A stretch of DNA of 63,981 nt, counting the filler, from Octopus bimaculoides (Eukaryota), in NCBI RefSeq assembly GCF_001194135.2. It is 6 parts of 5 records of this genome, joined end to end, with 100 filler letters (N's around TTAATTAATTAA, not from the genome) between each part and the next. Parts side by side here need not be neighbours in the genome. Positions count along the whole stretch, not along the records: positions 1 to 23,421 come from NC_068981.1; 5 more parts are not named here. The stretch is one strand, 5' to 3'. Shown here piece after piece: positions 1 to 13,900 of the stretch (position 1 is its first letter; the number at the start of each line of letters is the position of its first letter). The position numbers and the translations under genes were made by a program. The notes under the pieces were generated by a model that saw only the letters and a program-made list of their open reading frames with translations, did no database searches and was not told the DNA's origin.

Positions 1-207
1 GGCAGAAACGTTAGCCCGCCGGGCAAAATGCTTATCGGTATTTCCTCTGTCTTTACGTTCCTGTGTTCAAATTCCGCCGAGGTCGACTTTGCTTTTCATC
101 CTTTCGAGGTCGATAAATTTAGTGCCAGTTGCGTACTGGGGTCGATCTTATCGAATGTTCCCCTCCCCAAAAATTCCGGGCCTTGTGCCTAGAGTAGAAA
201 CGAATAT
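1..207 (+). mobile_element. tRNA-type SINE, family A (5' end cut by window edge)
   Basis: B-box-like GTTCAAATTCC followed by CCGAGGTCGACTTTGCTTTTCATCCTTTCGAGGTCGATAAA; homologous to 24426-24641 (-) and to weaker copies near 38.76, 51.1 and 57.8 kb. Confidence 0.85.
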
Positions 208-1084
208 TTATGTACGTGTATGTGTGTATGTGTTGTTTCATATGTATCTGTTTGTAACAAGGACGATGATGGTTACATTAAACAACAGATAAATTCTTGA
301 TCTATTGAAATTATTTCCTTTTCTAGAGAGAGTAGGGCAATAGATGGATATCAATTGATACCACCTCCAAATAAAAAACAGAGAAAATTTTAAGAAAGAA
401 TTTACCAAAACGACATTCTGTTAAATAAAATTTTAGATATATGTTTCTGTATCAGCAGCAGCTCAGTAATAATTATACTTCACCTTCAGAAGACAAAAAG
501 AACTATATTTGATCAATTTGTTTACTAAGTAAATTGCATAAATAACACGAATATTGGCTAAGAGAAATGATTCGTTGTGTCCAGTGGTATTTATTTCAGC
601 TGCATTCCAAAATAACGTATCTTTCTTTAAATAATATGCAAGATAAATCCTTGATTGCCCTCTATTATCTCAAGCAGTCAAGATATTTATATAGATAGTT
701 ATATGTGTGTGACGCATTTAGGATTGATGTAAGACGAATGAATCTTGAACATCCGCTTTACACAAGCAAATGGTTCAGTTTCTTTACTTGAAGACAATAA
801 ATAACTTGCACAGCTTTTGAATTTATGTTACTTGAACATGAATTAATTTCGTGTAGATTCCTTGCAACTTTCTGTCACGTAGTCGCACAGTAGTTGCGTA
901 TGGACTTGGGCATAATATTCCGCAAAACACAGTTCCATCACATAAACTTATATTACAACAGGAAACAGTCTAAAAATAAAGTCATATTAAGCAAACTAAT
1001 GAAAACGCTCTGCAATATCTTCATCGACATTGATTCGCTATTCATACAAGTCTTTTAATCATTTTAAGATACCCACCAGCACCG

Positions 1085-1192
1085 CAGTTTATCACCATCA
1101 TCGTCGGCACCAGGAACAGTGGCACTTTAATAAGATAATAATAACAATCATCATTATTATCATCATCAACAACAACAACAACAAAAACATTG

Positions 1193-1227
<35 letters not shown>

Positions 1228-1270
1228 TTTATTACTAGCAAAGTAAACATCATCTTCATCATCGATAGTG
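1085..1270. repeat. Mosaic trinucleotide microsatellite (ATC/AAT/AAC/GTC)
   Basis: Direct inspection; explains ORFs 1030..1335 and 1098..1409. Confidence 0.9.
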
Positions 1271-2794
1271 TCATTATCCTGATCTTCATTATAATCTGCG
1301 TATGTATGTGTGTGTATGCTTGTGAATGCATGTGAGTATTCACGTGAGTTAGTGATAGCGATACACAGATACCGACATGCAAATACAAAATGTAACTTTT
1401 TTTAATCAATAATATAAACTCGTTCGATCAAAACAGTAAATACTTCCTTCAATTAATTTCATTAAATATTTCAAAGAAATATTTCAATATTCAACAGAAC
1501 GGAAGAAATCCAAACGCCTCCGAGTGATTCACTTATTCAACAATGTAACTGAATTGCATATTATGAATAAAGAAGAAATATGGTTATAAAACCTAATACA
1601 ATGACTTTTAATTCAACTATGCACTGCTGAGATTGAAGATTTTTTTCTTCTTTCTGTTTATCATTCAATTGCATGTGTTGCATATGTAGCATCGAATGCA
1701 GAAAGACCTGAAATCAGCTGGGATTTGAAAACTCAAAATAAATTGTAGTATTGAAGATAAAGAAAGCAAAACTCCGATCAATCGCACTATATATTGATCT
1801 TTTTCACATAAAAAAAGCAGATCCACTTCAATACAAATGGGAAAACTAAACCGAAAATATCTAATGCATTTTCTTGGCGTTTAACTTGTGTAGCCCAATA
1901 TGATATTAGGCTAAGGAATGGTGTTACATTACAGACAGTGGCAGGGAATTGCTCGCTTGTGTTAGATTTAAATATCATTAGCGTAGTTCATCTGAAAGCG
2001 AATACAATGTCAGAGTTAACAGAAAACGAGCATTAACTAAGAGAGAAAAAACAACAACAATTGCTACAGATTACTGCGCAACGTATTTGATAATTAAGGT
2101 CATTGTTATGTTAATTCTCTTCTCCCACTGCTTTAACTAACGAATATCAAACACTCTGTATGAAATGCTTTAATAGAGAGGAAAATCGGGAAAATGAATA
2201 GAATTAGGATGAAGAAAATAAGTAGCTTGATGTAGAAACGACTTGGAAATAAGACATATTATTCATACAAATATATAATTATAATCCACTTTAATGACAA
2301 AAACAACCTTCTCTGTTGGTATTATTAAATATTTCATGTGTTAATCAATCTTTCGAATGAAAATCAGATAAATATTTTGTATTTACATTTACGTTATGTT
2401 ATTGATAAAATACGGGTGGGTGAGTGATTACAGCTTTATCTCGTTACGTATATATTATTGATAATGTGCGAGTATATTCATATTCATAGTAAACCGAATT
2501 TACGAAATTTAATTTAAATGTTTCAGTACTTAGGTAACGAAAAGAATATAAAATGGATATATTGTTCACAAGTCTTGCATGCATAATTTTCAGAAACAAG
2601 TAGATTTAAAATAACATTTGGCATTTACATCTTAAAGTCTATCATTTAAGACCAATTACCATTTTCAGATTTCCGGAAATATGCTTGTTTTCGTCGGCTA
2701 TCTAAAGAGAATACATATTTGATATAGTTTAAGAGATGATATGACTACACACATATACATACATATGCCCATATATAAATATGTATGCATATAC

Positions 2795-2965
2795 AGGCGT
2801 AGGCGTGAATGTATGGTAAAAGGATTGGCTTCCCAACGGCATGGTTCTAGATGCATTCCCATTGCGCGGCACCTTGAGCAAGTATCTTTTTCTAAGCCAG
2901 CCTGCCACCGGGTCGACCAAAGGATAGTAATTTGATAGACGGAAACTGAAAGAAGCCCGTTGTTA
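2795..2965 (+). mobile_element. SINE family B, 5' half (diverged)
   Basis: GGCACCTTGAGCAAGT and GACGGAAACTGAAAGAAGCCCGT match the other family-B copies. Confidence 0.8.
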
Positions 2966-3678
2966 TATTTTTAACGCTGTTGATGCCGCTGGATTGAATG
3001 GTACTGCCCAAGTGTCGAAACACTGTACTAATATCCGTTTGGCAGCTGATGGTTGGAATGCGTACATTTTATGGTTTTTCTGTGAATGTTTATACATTTG
3101 TCTCGTTATTCTGCGTTGTTTTTCATTCTACTAAAGTGGAAAATGGTTGTGGCTTCATGGTTTGTAAAGATTACATTGATATTAATCGTTTTTCTTCAAA
3201 GATATTCTCATGCTTAGATTTCAGAGGTTCTGTAATATATATATGTGTGTGTGTCTATCTGTTTGCCTATCTGTATGTCCGTTGTATGTATATATTACAA
3301 TTGTATCAGCCCTATGTAGTGTTTTGGCATTAGCGTAATTTAGGTTAGTGAACATGTTTGTGACATATTTCAACTTCTAAAGGCAAATTCACTTCAGTTA
3401 CCATGGAGAAAAAACTTCCCTCTTATGATAAAAATGTGTAAAAATACAATATCTGTCCAATGCTACCATCTGCCGCATTCCCCAACGCGGTTCTAGCTTT
3501 TTAGCCGCTATCAATGAGGAATACCTAACAAAGGCAACTCTGGACACACTTAAAAGTCGTAGCTTTAACTAACACACAGTTAACAACATTGAATGAGTTG
3601 AGCGCTTTCAGACAGCCACAAGTTGGCGCTGATACTGCTATAATGTTTTCCGACCTAGCGGTCGAATTCACGTTTGCG

Positions 3679-3710
<32 letters not shown>

Positions 3711-4142
3711 NNNNNNNNNNNNNNNNNNNNNNNNNNNNNNNNNNNNNNNNNNNNNNNNNNNNNNNNNNNNNNNNNNNNNNNNNNNNNNNNNNNNNNNNNN
3801 NNNNNNNNNNNNNNNNNNNNNNNNNNNNNNNNNNNNNNNNNNNNNNNNNNNNNNNNNNNNNNNNNNNNNNNNNNNNNNNNNNNNNNNNNNNNNNNNNNNN
3901 NNNNNNNNNNNNNNNNNNNNNNNNNNNNNNNNNNNNNNNNNNNNNNNNNNNNNNNNNNNNNNNNNNNNNNNNNNNNNNNNNNNNNNNNNNNNNNNNNNNN
4001 NNNNNNNNNNNNNNNNNNNNNNNNNNNNNNNNNNNNNNNNNNNNNNNNNNNNNNNNNNNNNNNNNNNNNNNNNNNNNNNNNNNNNNNNNNNNNNNNNNNN
4101 NNNNNNNNNNNNNNNNNNNNNNNNNNNNNNNNNNNNNNNNNN

Positions 4143-4320
4143 ACATCATCTTTTTCCTCAGGTTTAAGAACAACCATAATTCATACGGTGCAAGGTCTGG
4201 ACTGTAGGAAGGGTGAGTAACTGTACCGAACTCCATCTCTGTCAAGTAGGTGTTTCCAGCTCGTCAGCAATGTTCAGTAAAATGTGTTCAAAGAGCTTTC
4301 CTTCAATCTTGAAAAATGAA
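4143..4320 (-). pseudogene. Mariner/Tc1 transposase fragment
   Basis: Translation HPSYSPDLAPYELWLFLNLR matches the mariner HPPYSPDLAP.D..LF..LK motif; runs into a gap. Confidence 0.85.
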
Positions 4321-4389
4321 ATTTACAGATCACTTATTGTAGCTTATTAGTTATATAGTAATGATATACTAAAATTACAGTAACCTGGG

Positions 4390-4960
4390 ACAGTTATATC
4401 AGCCTCTCCAAATAAAGTCACAAACCTAATGAAATCCACCTCCATTAAGCCTCTGCGAATTGGATACTTAGTATTTTCTTTCATTTCAGATCCTCTCGAT
4501 TGGTTTCCGACTACGGAAACTGTGCACCGTCTTAAAACGCCCTTTCCAGGCTCTACCATTTGATACTGAATACACCAGAGGGAACTGCATCTCAGTGAAT
4601 CCACCTGCAACATTATGTGTCCGACAAGTGCTGTTTGCGCATTTTGATTAGCTGTGGGACACGCTTGTGCTCATTTGTCAAGATCTAAACATGTTACTGA
4701 GAGAGAGTTATTGTTCGTCTTTGGCAATGATGAACCAAAATATTTTTTCATTGACATATAGTAGACAGATCTTTCTTTATGAGGGATAAAATAGCTTTCA
4801 GCAAGTGTCCAGAGTCAAGGTACCAGCTTCTTCCAAATCAACCTTTAAGATCTTACTAACCTCCTCAGCAGTAATGTTGAGGAGTAAATACCGATCAATG
4901 TTGGCCCACCACTGGCTCCTAATCGTCCAAAGTGAAGCCTAGTCAAGTACTAAAGTCAAT
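4390..4960 (-). pseudogene. Possible highly degraded non-LTR retrotransposon RT fragment
   Basis: Minus-strand ITAEEVSKILK resembles the LINE IT.EEV...K motif preceding KAPGPD; heavily frameshifted. Confidence 0.3.
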
Positions 4961-5413
4961 TAGATCCCTTTCCTAAACATCAAGCTGCGTATTAACGTTA
5001 GAAACACGTGAAATATCTTTTTTCAATCTAATCATCAACTTTTGGTTTTATACAATAAGGCGTTCTTATAATTGTTTTGCTTGTTTCTCTGCTTCCATGA
5101 AAAATTGAATTATATGAAGACAAGGTTCATATCTGTAAGATTTCAACTCAAAAGTAAAGAGGCATTCATACATATTCTTACAAAATGAGCTACACTTTCA
5201 GTGAATATAATAAAACTTTCTATAATTTTAACATGAACAAATATTTGTAGAAAGGCGTATTATCGAGAAATATATCCCAGTACTTGAAATGTTTATATTT
5301 CAAAGACCCAACGTTTCAATGTCAACGAATGCAGCATCATGTGAGCTTAGCTTTATAGTTATCATAACGCTAACCATATACTTCGTTTATGAATACATAC
5401 ATACATATATGCA

Positions 5414-5417
<4 letters not shown>

Positions 5418-5457
<40 letters not shown>

Positions 5458-5478
5458 TGTGTGTGTGTNNNNNNNNNN

Positions 5479-5534
<56 letters not shown>
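5418..5534. repeat. (TG)n microsatellite with internal gap
   Basis: Direct inspection. Confidence 0.95.
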
Positions 5535-5537
<3 letters not shown>

Positions 5538-6209
5538 TACGTACGTTTGTATCTGCAATGGTATTCAATTATCTTCAATTGTAAAGACTTGTAGGACAAA
5601 TAATGTTATTGTTTTTATTGATCATCCATTTGCGCAAGCCAATTATTTTTGAGGTCGGTACTGCTGATTAAATCCAAACATATAATTGACCTGTGGTTAT
5701 TATATTTGTCTGCATTCAAAGGGTGAGGGGCAAAGACGACCTTTGTGCGATATGATTTGAGAAGATACATTAGCGTTACGACATGAGCTCTACCAAATAT
5801 ATCTCTGATCGCTACTGTGAAATGTCTCACTATGTTCATTTCTATGGTTTCAGATATAGCTGAATCATTGTGAATTATAAATATACAAATATTTAAATGA
5901 TCTTAACATATTCCGATATAACATGAAGCAGGAATGGAATCAATGAACATGACAAAATAATTTGGTGAAAGATTTTCACAAGCTTAACCATAATATTAAA
6001 GAGTAATGATCTAAACAATAAGGATATGTAATGCGTGGGTTTAGATAATGTTAAAAATGATTCTTGCTAAACAAAACATTTCTTTTGTGCAATGCATTAG
6101 AGTGAATTCTTATGTAAATGATATATATTTTATGACATGCTCTGTTGAAAGGAGAAAGAAGTTTCAATAATAGTGACGATATGTGTGTGTATGTATGTGT
6201 ATATGTGTT

Positions 6210-6253
<44 letters not shown>

Positions 6254-6408
6254 TTTGTACAGTAAGAAGGTAGAATAAAGAGGCTGTAATTATAAAATAG
6301 CCAACCTTCCTGATCCTAATTGAAGATCAACTTCTAAATCTGAAGCTTTACTGTGCTTGCACTTACAATTCTATCAACCAATTCTGTATCCTGCCAATAT
6401 ATAGATAC

Positions 6409-6770
6409 TTATATTAATAGGTCCAATTTACTTAGTGTAAGAAATTTAAAGGGGTGGAAGGAAGGTGTTAATATTGGTAGGTGTGGTTCATCACAATATG
6501 TGGCCGTAATGGATACAATCAGCATTGAATCTTTGAACTTCTCTGCATTAAGATCTGAGATGTAAGATCTTTACCGTGATGATGGGGGTTCATCTTATAC
6601 AATGTTGATTGTATCCATTACAGCCACATATTGTGATGAACCATATCGATCAACATTACCATGGATCTCCGAGCCCCCAGAAACAATTCTTGGACTTATG
6701 ACACCTTTCGTCCACCCCTTCAATTTTCTCTATTGTAAGTACTCTGTGTAATTTGGTCCTATTAATATAA
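6409..6770. mobile_element. Foldback/MITE-like element with long inverted arms
   Basis: Outer TTATATTAATAGG(6409)/CCTATTAATATAA(6770); middle AAGGGGTGGAAGGAAGGTGTTA vs TGACACCTTTCGTCCACCCCTT; inner 43-bp arms 6485-6527 and 6600-6642 with two differences. Confidence 0.7.
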
Positions 6771-6943
6771 ATGTTTATATCTCTAGACTTAAAATAATTA
6801 TCAATAAAAGTCTCCACCTATTACTATCTCTCTTACAGCCATTCTTTACCATGCGGAATCGATCTCCTATAAAGAAATTGGAGACTAAGTTTGAATCTTT
6901 TAAGTGTCTTCTATACTTAAAATCTCTGGATCTCATCTGTGGA

Positions 6944-6982
<39 letters not shown>

Positions 6983-6984
<2 letters not shown>

Positions 6985-7639
6985 GCATAAACCTAAAAAA
7001 AGGTTTAAGGATGGCATAAGGACTGCTATGAAGTCAATTGGAATGGCTCCAAAATATATAGAAGTCCTCGCTTCAGATCGAGTTGGATGGCGAACAAGGG
7101 TGTGGAGTGGAGTGAAAGCATTTGAAGAGGCCAGGATGATGCAAGCAGGGCTCAAGAGACATTTAAGGAAAAAGGTGAAGACTGAGAAGGTGAATGACAA
7201 GGACCTTTTTGTGTGCACAGTCTGTGACAGACCATGTCTGNNNNNNNNNNNNNNNNNNNNNNNNNNNNNNNNNNNNNNNNNNNNNNNNNNNNNNNNNNNN
7301 NNNNNNNNNNNNNNNNNNNNNNNNNNNNNNNNNNNNNNNNNNNNNNNNNNNNNNNNNNNNNNNNNNNNNNNNNNNNNNNNNNNNNNNNNNNNNNNNNNNN
7401 NNNNNATGTGGTGTGTGCCAGAGGGTTTGCAAATCCAATGGGGGTCTTAAAAAACATGTTAGGATCCACAATGAGCAGAACTTACTTGCAGGTATTGGTA
7501 GTGCAAATCAGAGGTGCAATCTGTGTGGGTGTTTTTTCAAAACACTGTCTGGTTTAAAAAGCCACATCAGACGCCATGAAAGGGCTAAGGTGTAGGTGCA
7601 GGAGGTGGTCAAATTCTGTTTAAGGAGTAGACAACCACC
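6983..7639 (+). pseudogene. 5'-truncated RTE-clade LINE: ORF C-terminus with C2H2 zinc fingers plus short 3' UTR
   Basis: PKKRFKD...SDRVGWRTRVWSGVKAFEEAR is a typical RTE C-terminus; CGVCQRVCKSNGGLKKHVRIH and CNLCGCFFKTLSGLKSHIRRH; stop 7593-7595; (TA)n on both sides. Confidence 0.85.
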
Positions 7640-7640
7640 A

Positions 7641-7672
<32 letters not shown>

Positions 7673-8199
7673 CTCTTTAAGTAGTTTCAACTCAAGAGTT
7701 GCAGTCTTGGTGAAGCACCATGTGGGTTTTGCCACAACTACATTGTGTAACATTTGGGGAATGAATAATTTTGATGCAGGGATTTGCACTGATTTTGACC
7801 CAGGGATTGCAATCCCGCATTCAGCTTTTTGTGGTGGTAGCGCAGGGCTTGGAATGTTCCAGCATTACACTGCATGTTATATACAAAATTTTCTTTTCAA
7901 TACACATTATTAATAATAAGGACTGTTTTGTGGTTACTAATTACTACGTTTTATAATGGCTAGAATGATCAGTCACTAATAATCGATTTTTTGAGAACAG
8001 TTTCCATGTTTTCTAGGTATGTTGCATAGCTAACTTCTTGCTGCATTTTCACTTTGATTTTGCATAAATAAATGTTACCCCCTGGTTACTTTTGCGTATT
8101 TGGCACAATAAATATGTTCATGCAATATTCAGCCTGAAATGTAATACTAAGTATTATTGAAAGATTTACAAGGACTAGCGAGCTCCATACCCCCCATAC

Positions 8200-8280
8200 A
8201 CATGCACACATAGACAATGCACATACACACATGCGTGTATATACATTATATATATATGCATACACACGCAAATATATTTA

Positions 8281-8356
<76 letters not shown>

Positions 8357-8503
8357 TATATGTACATGTATATACATGTGTGTGTATGTTTGTATGTATG
8401 TATATACGTTTATGTATATATGTATATGTGTTTACATATGTATATATGCATTTATACATATACCTACATATATATATGTATCTGTATGTATGTATCTAGC
8501 TAA

Positions 8504-8574
<71 letters not shown>

Positions 8575-8580
8575 CATACA

Positions 8581-8637
<57 letters not shown>

Positions 8638-8680
8638 GCATATGCATATGTATTCATGTGTATATACATATGTGTGTGCG
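8200..8680. repeat. Compound (TA)/(GA)/(CA)/(TATG) microsatellite block
   Basis: Direct inspection. Confidence 0.9.
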
Positions 8681-9597
8681 TGTTTCATTGTTTTTATGAC
8701 ATTCATTAGATGTTACCGACAGCAGTATAGAGCTTTTACACTGAAACAATATTTTCCATTCCCGTAAATCTAACTGTTTATCTCTAAATCGGTTATCGAA
8801 GTCGCAACTCTCAGTTAATATTGTTAAGTGTGGAGCAAGTGGATACACGTATGGTTATCTTCGCAGATTTCCTGAGTTTTGCAGTAACGTAGAATAGGCA
8901 AAATATGTAAAAAGAATGATAAATTAACAAATTATATTAAACAAATAATGATAGACACACAAGTCTTACAGAAGTCAATATAATTGAAATGCATTTGGAG
9001 TTGTATTTCTGAGGAAATATATATTAGGAAAGAGGTGTGTATTGGTTCATGATTACAAAATATTATGTGCATGTTCACAACTACATTACCAAACGCTCAG
9101 ATATTTATACCAATTAAAATAATAGCTGTTATCATCTTGGAAACCAACAATTTCCTTAGGTTTCCTAAATTGGTGAAATATTTATCGTGATGTTTCAGGT
9201 ACTTGGGGAATATTTTTGATTTTGATTAAACAGAGATGATTTGTGTTACTGTAAAAAAAATATTATTTTCCAAATTAATGATTTCCGATATAAAATAACA
9301 TCAATGTGTTGTCACTTTTCTTTGCAAAATTAATCAGTGATACCCTCTCAACTGATGAAGTCTCCAAATCTTTATTCATTGTTAAAGAATAGTGATTTCA
9401 CTTACGCCCTCAAAACCTATTATTAACGATATGGAGATTGTGTGTCCCGTTTTACCTTCTCTAAAACTTTGTTGTTTAACTTCTGTCTTAAATATCCTGT
9501 AATGGTAGATTTTCCGTAAATGAATGCCGTTTTAGAATAGACTTACCAAAGATGAGTGAGGCCTTTTCTCTTTACACAAGCTGAAAAATATTTAACT

Positions 9598-9853
9598 CAG
9601 TGATTCTCAAAGTGGGCGGTACTTCACCCTGAATAAAAGTAGAGTGAGAATGGGGTGGCCAAAGTAGGATGATGGATGTAAAACAACAAAATAATGGCTT
9701 AATTAGGTTAAGTTTTATTTGTGAAATACAGTTGTTTTGAATTTGCTACGGAACGTAATCTACGTTTCTGGTGGCTAGTGAGGTCGGGGCATTGGGAATG
9801 TGGAATGAATGGTAAGAGAGAAGCAGCCTAAAAAAAAATCTTGGAAATCACTG
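9598..9853. mobile_element. Non-autonomous hAT (Charlie-like) MITE
   Basis: TIRs CAGTGATTCTCAAA / TTGGAAATCACTG; 8-bp flanks ATTTAACT (9590-9597) and ATTTAACG (9854-9861) form a near-perfect 8-bp TSD. Confidence 0.85.
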
Positions 9854-10375
9854 ATTTAACGAGTATCCAAGTAAAGGCACAACTATTATAAACATCTTTT
9901 GAGAAACTTATATTTGCAGAGGATTATATCGGACGGGCTGAAGAACAGTCACGTGATATAGATAGCAATTATATACAGGTATTCTTTATTTTGATACTAG
10001 CAGACTCATGAGAAATTAATTGCCTTCTCACACTGGTCTTTATATCTGTAATGTTTATTAGTAATCTCTGCAAAACTGCCCAACTATGATCTACTTCAAA
10101 TTCTAGGATGGAAAATTTCATGATACTGGAGGACATGTTACAAAAATATGTTTTATACATCAAACAGATCAACGTAAAGAACTGCAATAGAATTAATCCT
10201 TTGATAGATATATCACGATATCTTATAATTGTATCATGAATATGAGTCGTTTTCAAAAGCAGAAACTTAGTGTGTAGTCTACTATGTAGGCTAAATATAG
10301 TTGAGAATAAATCCTATAAACTCACACGCACGCACATACGCATACACACACACGCACGCATACATACACACACGC

Positions 10376-10411
<36 letters not shown>

Positions 10412-11829
10412 NNNNNNNNNNTGTGTGTGTGTGTGTGTTTATACATATATCATCAACATCATTATAATCTTCATATTTTTATATATAAGGGAAAATATGT
10501 ACTTTTTGTTGCGTAGACGAATATGAATTTAAACATGCACTTGAATTCTGTGAATGTCCATAGTTAAATTTGGAGTTTTCTCCTTGATTGCATGCAATGT
10601 TAAAAAGGATTGGAGAGTAACTATATGTAAATATCAGAAGAAATGAATTGAAAATAATTCTTGATGCTATAAATGAATGTTCAGATACTAACTAATGTAT
10701 ATATGAAAACGAAGAACACTCTAGAAAATAACACAAATGATAGATTATAACTGCAATGAATGCCAGAAAATTCGAACATTAAGGACAAAATATTATCATT
10801 TTCAAACAGACAACCAACGTGTAATGTCCTATTGAATGGCGCGAATATGGAGACTATTAACATTGCAGTTGAAGTATAATTCAACTCCTTGTCAGACTCC
10901 ATAACTTTACTTGCGTTTGCTTTTGGTTCAAAAACGATTTCAGTTTCATTGCATATACATAAAACTATGAAATTTAAGTATAACTGCTGAATATAAAATC
11001 ATATCTGGTATACGTCTTCACGAAAATCATTAACATACAAAAATGTAAATGTTCACAGTTTAGCAAAAAATAACTTATGTATCACTCAGCAAATTTTATC
11101 ACAACAACGTGTTACTTTTCGGAATGTACTTCATTAAAGTACCAAAGTATATAAAGTTTAAAAATATATCATAATACATCTGAGAGTAGCATGACTAGAA
11201 ACATCAAGACAATAAAATAATCTAACAATAACTTTGTAAAAGTAGATAACGTGAGAAATACATATGAAATGTACAATAACTTATAATTAATTATACATTA
11301 CAAAATACCATTAAGAACCAACTAAAAGAAAACTTTATATAGAACGTTAAATTATATAAATATTGAGGTCAAACTTACAGCGTCAAGTCTTAATACTTTG
11401 AACAGATTTGAAACGTCCGGAAAAAGACATGCGCAACATTTAAGGGCTAAAAAAATATTTTTGATTACTTCAATGACTAAATTAAAAATTCAATTAAAAT
11501 AAAATAAAGTAGAATGAGTAAAATTATATTTGTTGAAATACATATTTTAGCTAATATATGTTGATTATATGTTGGTTTTATCTAGTACATATAAAGGGGA
11601 GTAGGTATTTGTACTATTCTATTTGCTTGATTATTGCATGCCGATAGCAACATCGATGAATTTAGTTGTGCTTGACTTTGTCACCGATACGATATACAAA
11701 TAATAATACATTCAGAGAAAGTTTATTTGATTACATTGGGTATATAAGAATAATGTATACATATTTGATGCTAGTATGGAAATATTATGACCTTAGTGCT
11801 ATTTAAAATTTGCTGGTTATTTTATGGCC

Positions 11830-12860
11830 TACATGAGAGAAAATGACAGGATAGTTAAGAAACATTGCTTCGGATTACAGACCAGTCAAGTCAGGTCGGT
11901 ATTAATTGTAAAGACACATCCTAAAACATTCTATAGATCTGCAAAGAGTCTACTTCAGTATGGTACAGGGTGGGGATACTGTTCGAAGACAATAGCTCAC
12001 TGGCTACAACCCACAAAGTTTAAGTGAAATACCGAATGTGCAATATAGCAGTGTTTTCACAATTCCCTTGTGGAAATTGCAAATAGCAATGCCTCATAAG
12101 TTCTTAGACACCACAGCTCTAAACGAAGAGATAGCAATTGTTGATGACATGGTAATAGAGGAAATTGATGTAATATAAGCCATTGAGGAATTGAGCTTTA
12201 ACTCAGCCTCAGGCCCTGATGGATTTCTCGCAATCCTCCTAAAGAAATGCTAAGGGATTCTGGCAAGACCACTACAAATCCTCTTCCAAACCTTCCATGC
12301 AAATGGGAGGCTTCCCAGAAAGTTAAGTGAAAGAATATGCCCTATCCGTAAAGGAGGTAGCAGAGCAAATGCTAAAAATTATAGGCTTGTTTCTCTAACC
12401 TCACATGTCAGTAAAATCACGGAATGCATAGTCCGGTAAACGTGAGGGATAAGCTTTCCTACATTGTCTCATACAAACGACCATTGTGCATTGGAAGAGG
12501 TGAATTTTTTTCTGAGATACTAATGAAACTGAACAATAATCCTGCTACAAAATATAGACACACACAAAGACACAAACGCACACCTTGATCATGTTTCTAG
12601 AAGATAATGACCTGTACTTGACACCCAGCATGGCATCCGCTCAGGTATAATCTTCCTTAAATAGCTTCTGTGGCATTATGATTGAGTGTCTGAAACAACT
12701 AATGAATATCTCAAACGTGGGTGTGATATATCTCGATTTTGAAAGACCTTTTATTAGGATGGTCATGGGATTATATATCACAAGCTACGAAGACTACCAT
12801 GTAGATAGGAACTAACAATGGAGTAATCAAGCCAAAATTGAAGCATATTTATGAACAGTA
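11830..12860 (+). pseudogene. CR1/L2-like LINE RT fragment, interrupted
   Basis: NSASGPDGFLAILLKKC...ARPLQILF...KGGSRANAKNYRLVSLTSHVSKITECIV, then after an insert QHG...NVGVIYLDF; many stops and frameshifts. Confidence 0.85.
12436..12597 (+). repeat. Local duplicate of 13901-14081 inserted in the CR1 fragment
   Basis: Shared GGGATAAG..TTCCTACATTGTCTCATACAA...CTGAGATACTAATGAAACTGAACAATAATCCTGCTACAAAATATAGACACACACAAAG. Confidence 0.9.
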
Positions 12861-13320
12861 GACTCAGGGTATTGTTCAACGAAGAGATGGTGAAATGATA
12901 CGAGGAAATATTCAAATGAAAATGGTGACACGATAATAGAGGAAATGTGAATATTAAAATGAAATATAGATAGAACAATAACCAGAGGTAAAACGATACG
13001 CAGCATATACTAAAGTGATCTTATATATTTATTTCCTATATATTTCCTTGTAATAACGAAATAATTGCTTTGTTTGCTGCACGGAATGCCTCTGAAGTTG
13101 TTCTGATCAATAGATGCAATTGTTAAAGTTCACGGAAGCTAACTTTTATAATAGAATATATATATGGCTGTTTGTATTTTTGTATCTTAACTCAAAACTT
13201 GAATGTTTTCTCATATAAGAGGTTCAACAATTCAAATGGAAGCTAGGTTGTAAGCGTTAACAGAAGTCAGATTTCCCTCTATTTTCCTTTCAAAGAGGTG
13301 CACAAAATGATATATATTCT

Positions 13321-13665
13321 TTTATTCTTTTAATTGCTTCAGTCATTTGACTGCAGCCATGCTGGAGCACCAACCTTTAGTCGAGCAAATCGACCCCAGG
13401 ACTTATTCTTTGTAAGCCTAGTACTTATTCTATCGGACTCTTTTGCCGTTAAGTTACAGGAACGTAAACACACCAGCATCGGTTGTAAATGATGTTGGGG
13501 AGATAAACACAGACACACAAACATACACACACACACACACACATACATATATACGACGGGCTTCTTGCAGTTTCCGTCTACCAAATCCACTAAAAACGCT
13601 TTGGTCGGCCCGAGGCTATAGCAGAAAACACTTGCCCAAGGTTCTACGAAGTAATTCAATTGAAC
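13321..13665 (-). mobile_element. SINE family B (internal CA/TA microsatellite)
   Basis: Reverse complement of family-B core and tail (GACCCCAGGACTTATTCTTTGTAAGCCTAGTACTTATTCTATCGG). Confidence 0.9.
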
Positions 13666-13684
13666 AGATTAAAAAGAGATATGA

Positions 13685-13788
<104 letters not shown>

Positions 13789-13900
13789 CATGCATGTATG
13801 TATGTATGCATGTATGTATTCAGCTATTTGTTTTCCCACATAAAAGGGGAATCACAGGAAAAAGATAAGAGGTACATAAGAGAAACAAACGCCTGAAAAT

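Noticed and set aside
4800-4830. Minus-strand WYLDSG (Copia protease-like)
   Set aside because: Isolated hexapeptide without HM motif, LTRs or integrase context.
6851-6982. Apparent N-terminus of the 199-aa ORF
   Set aside because: Chance read-through across (TA)n into the RTE fragment; not a host zinc-finger gene.
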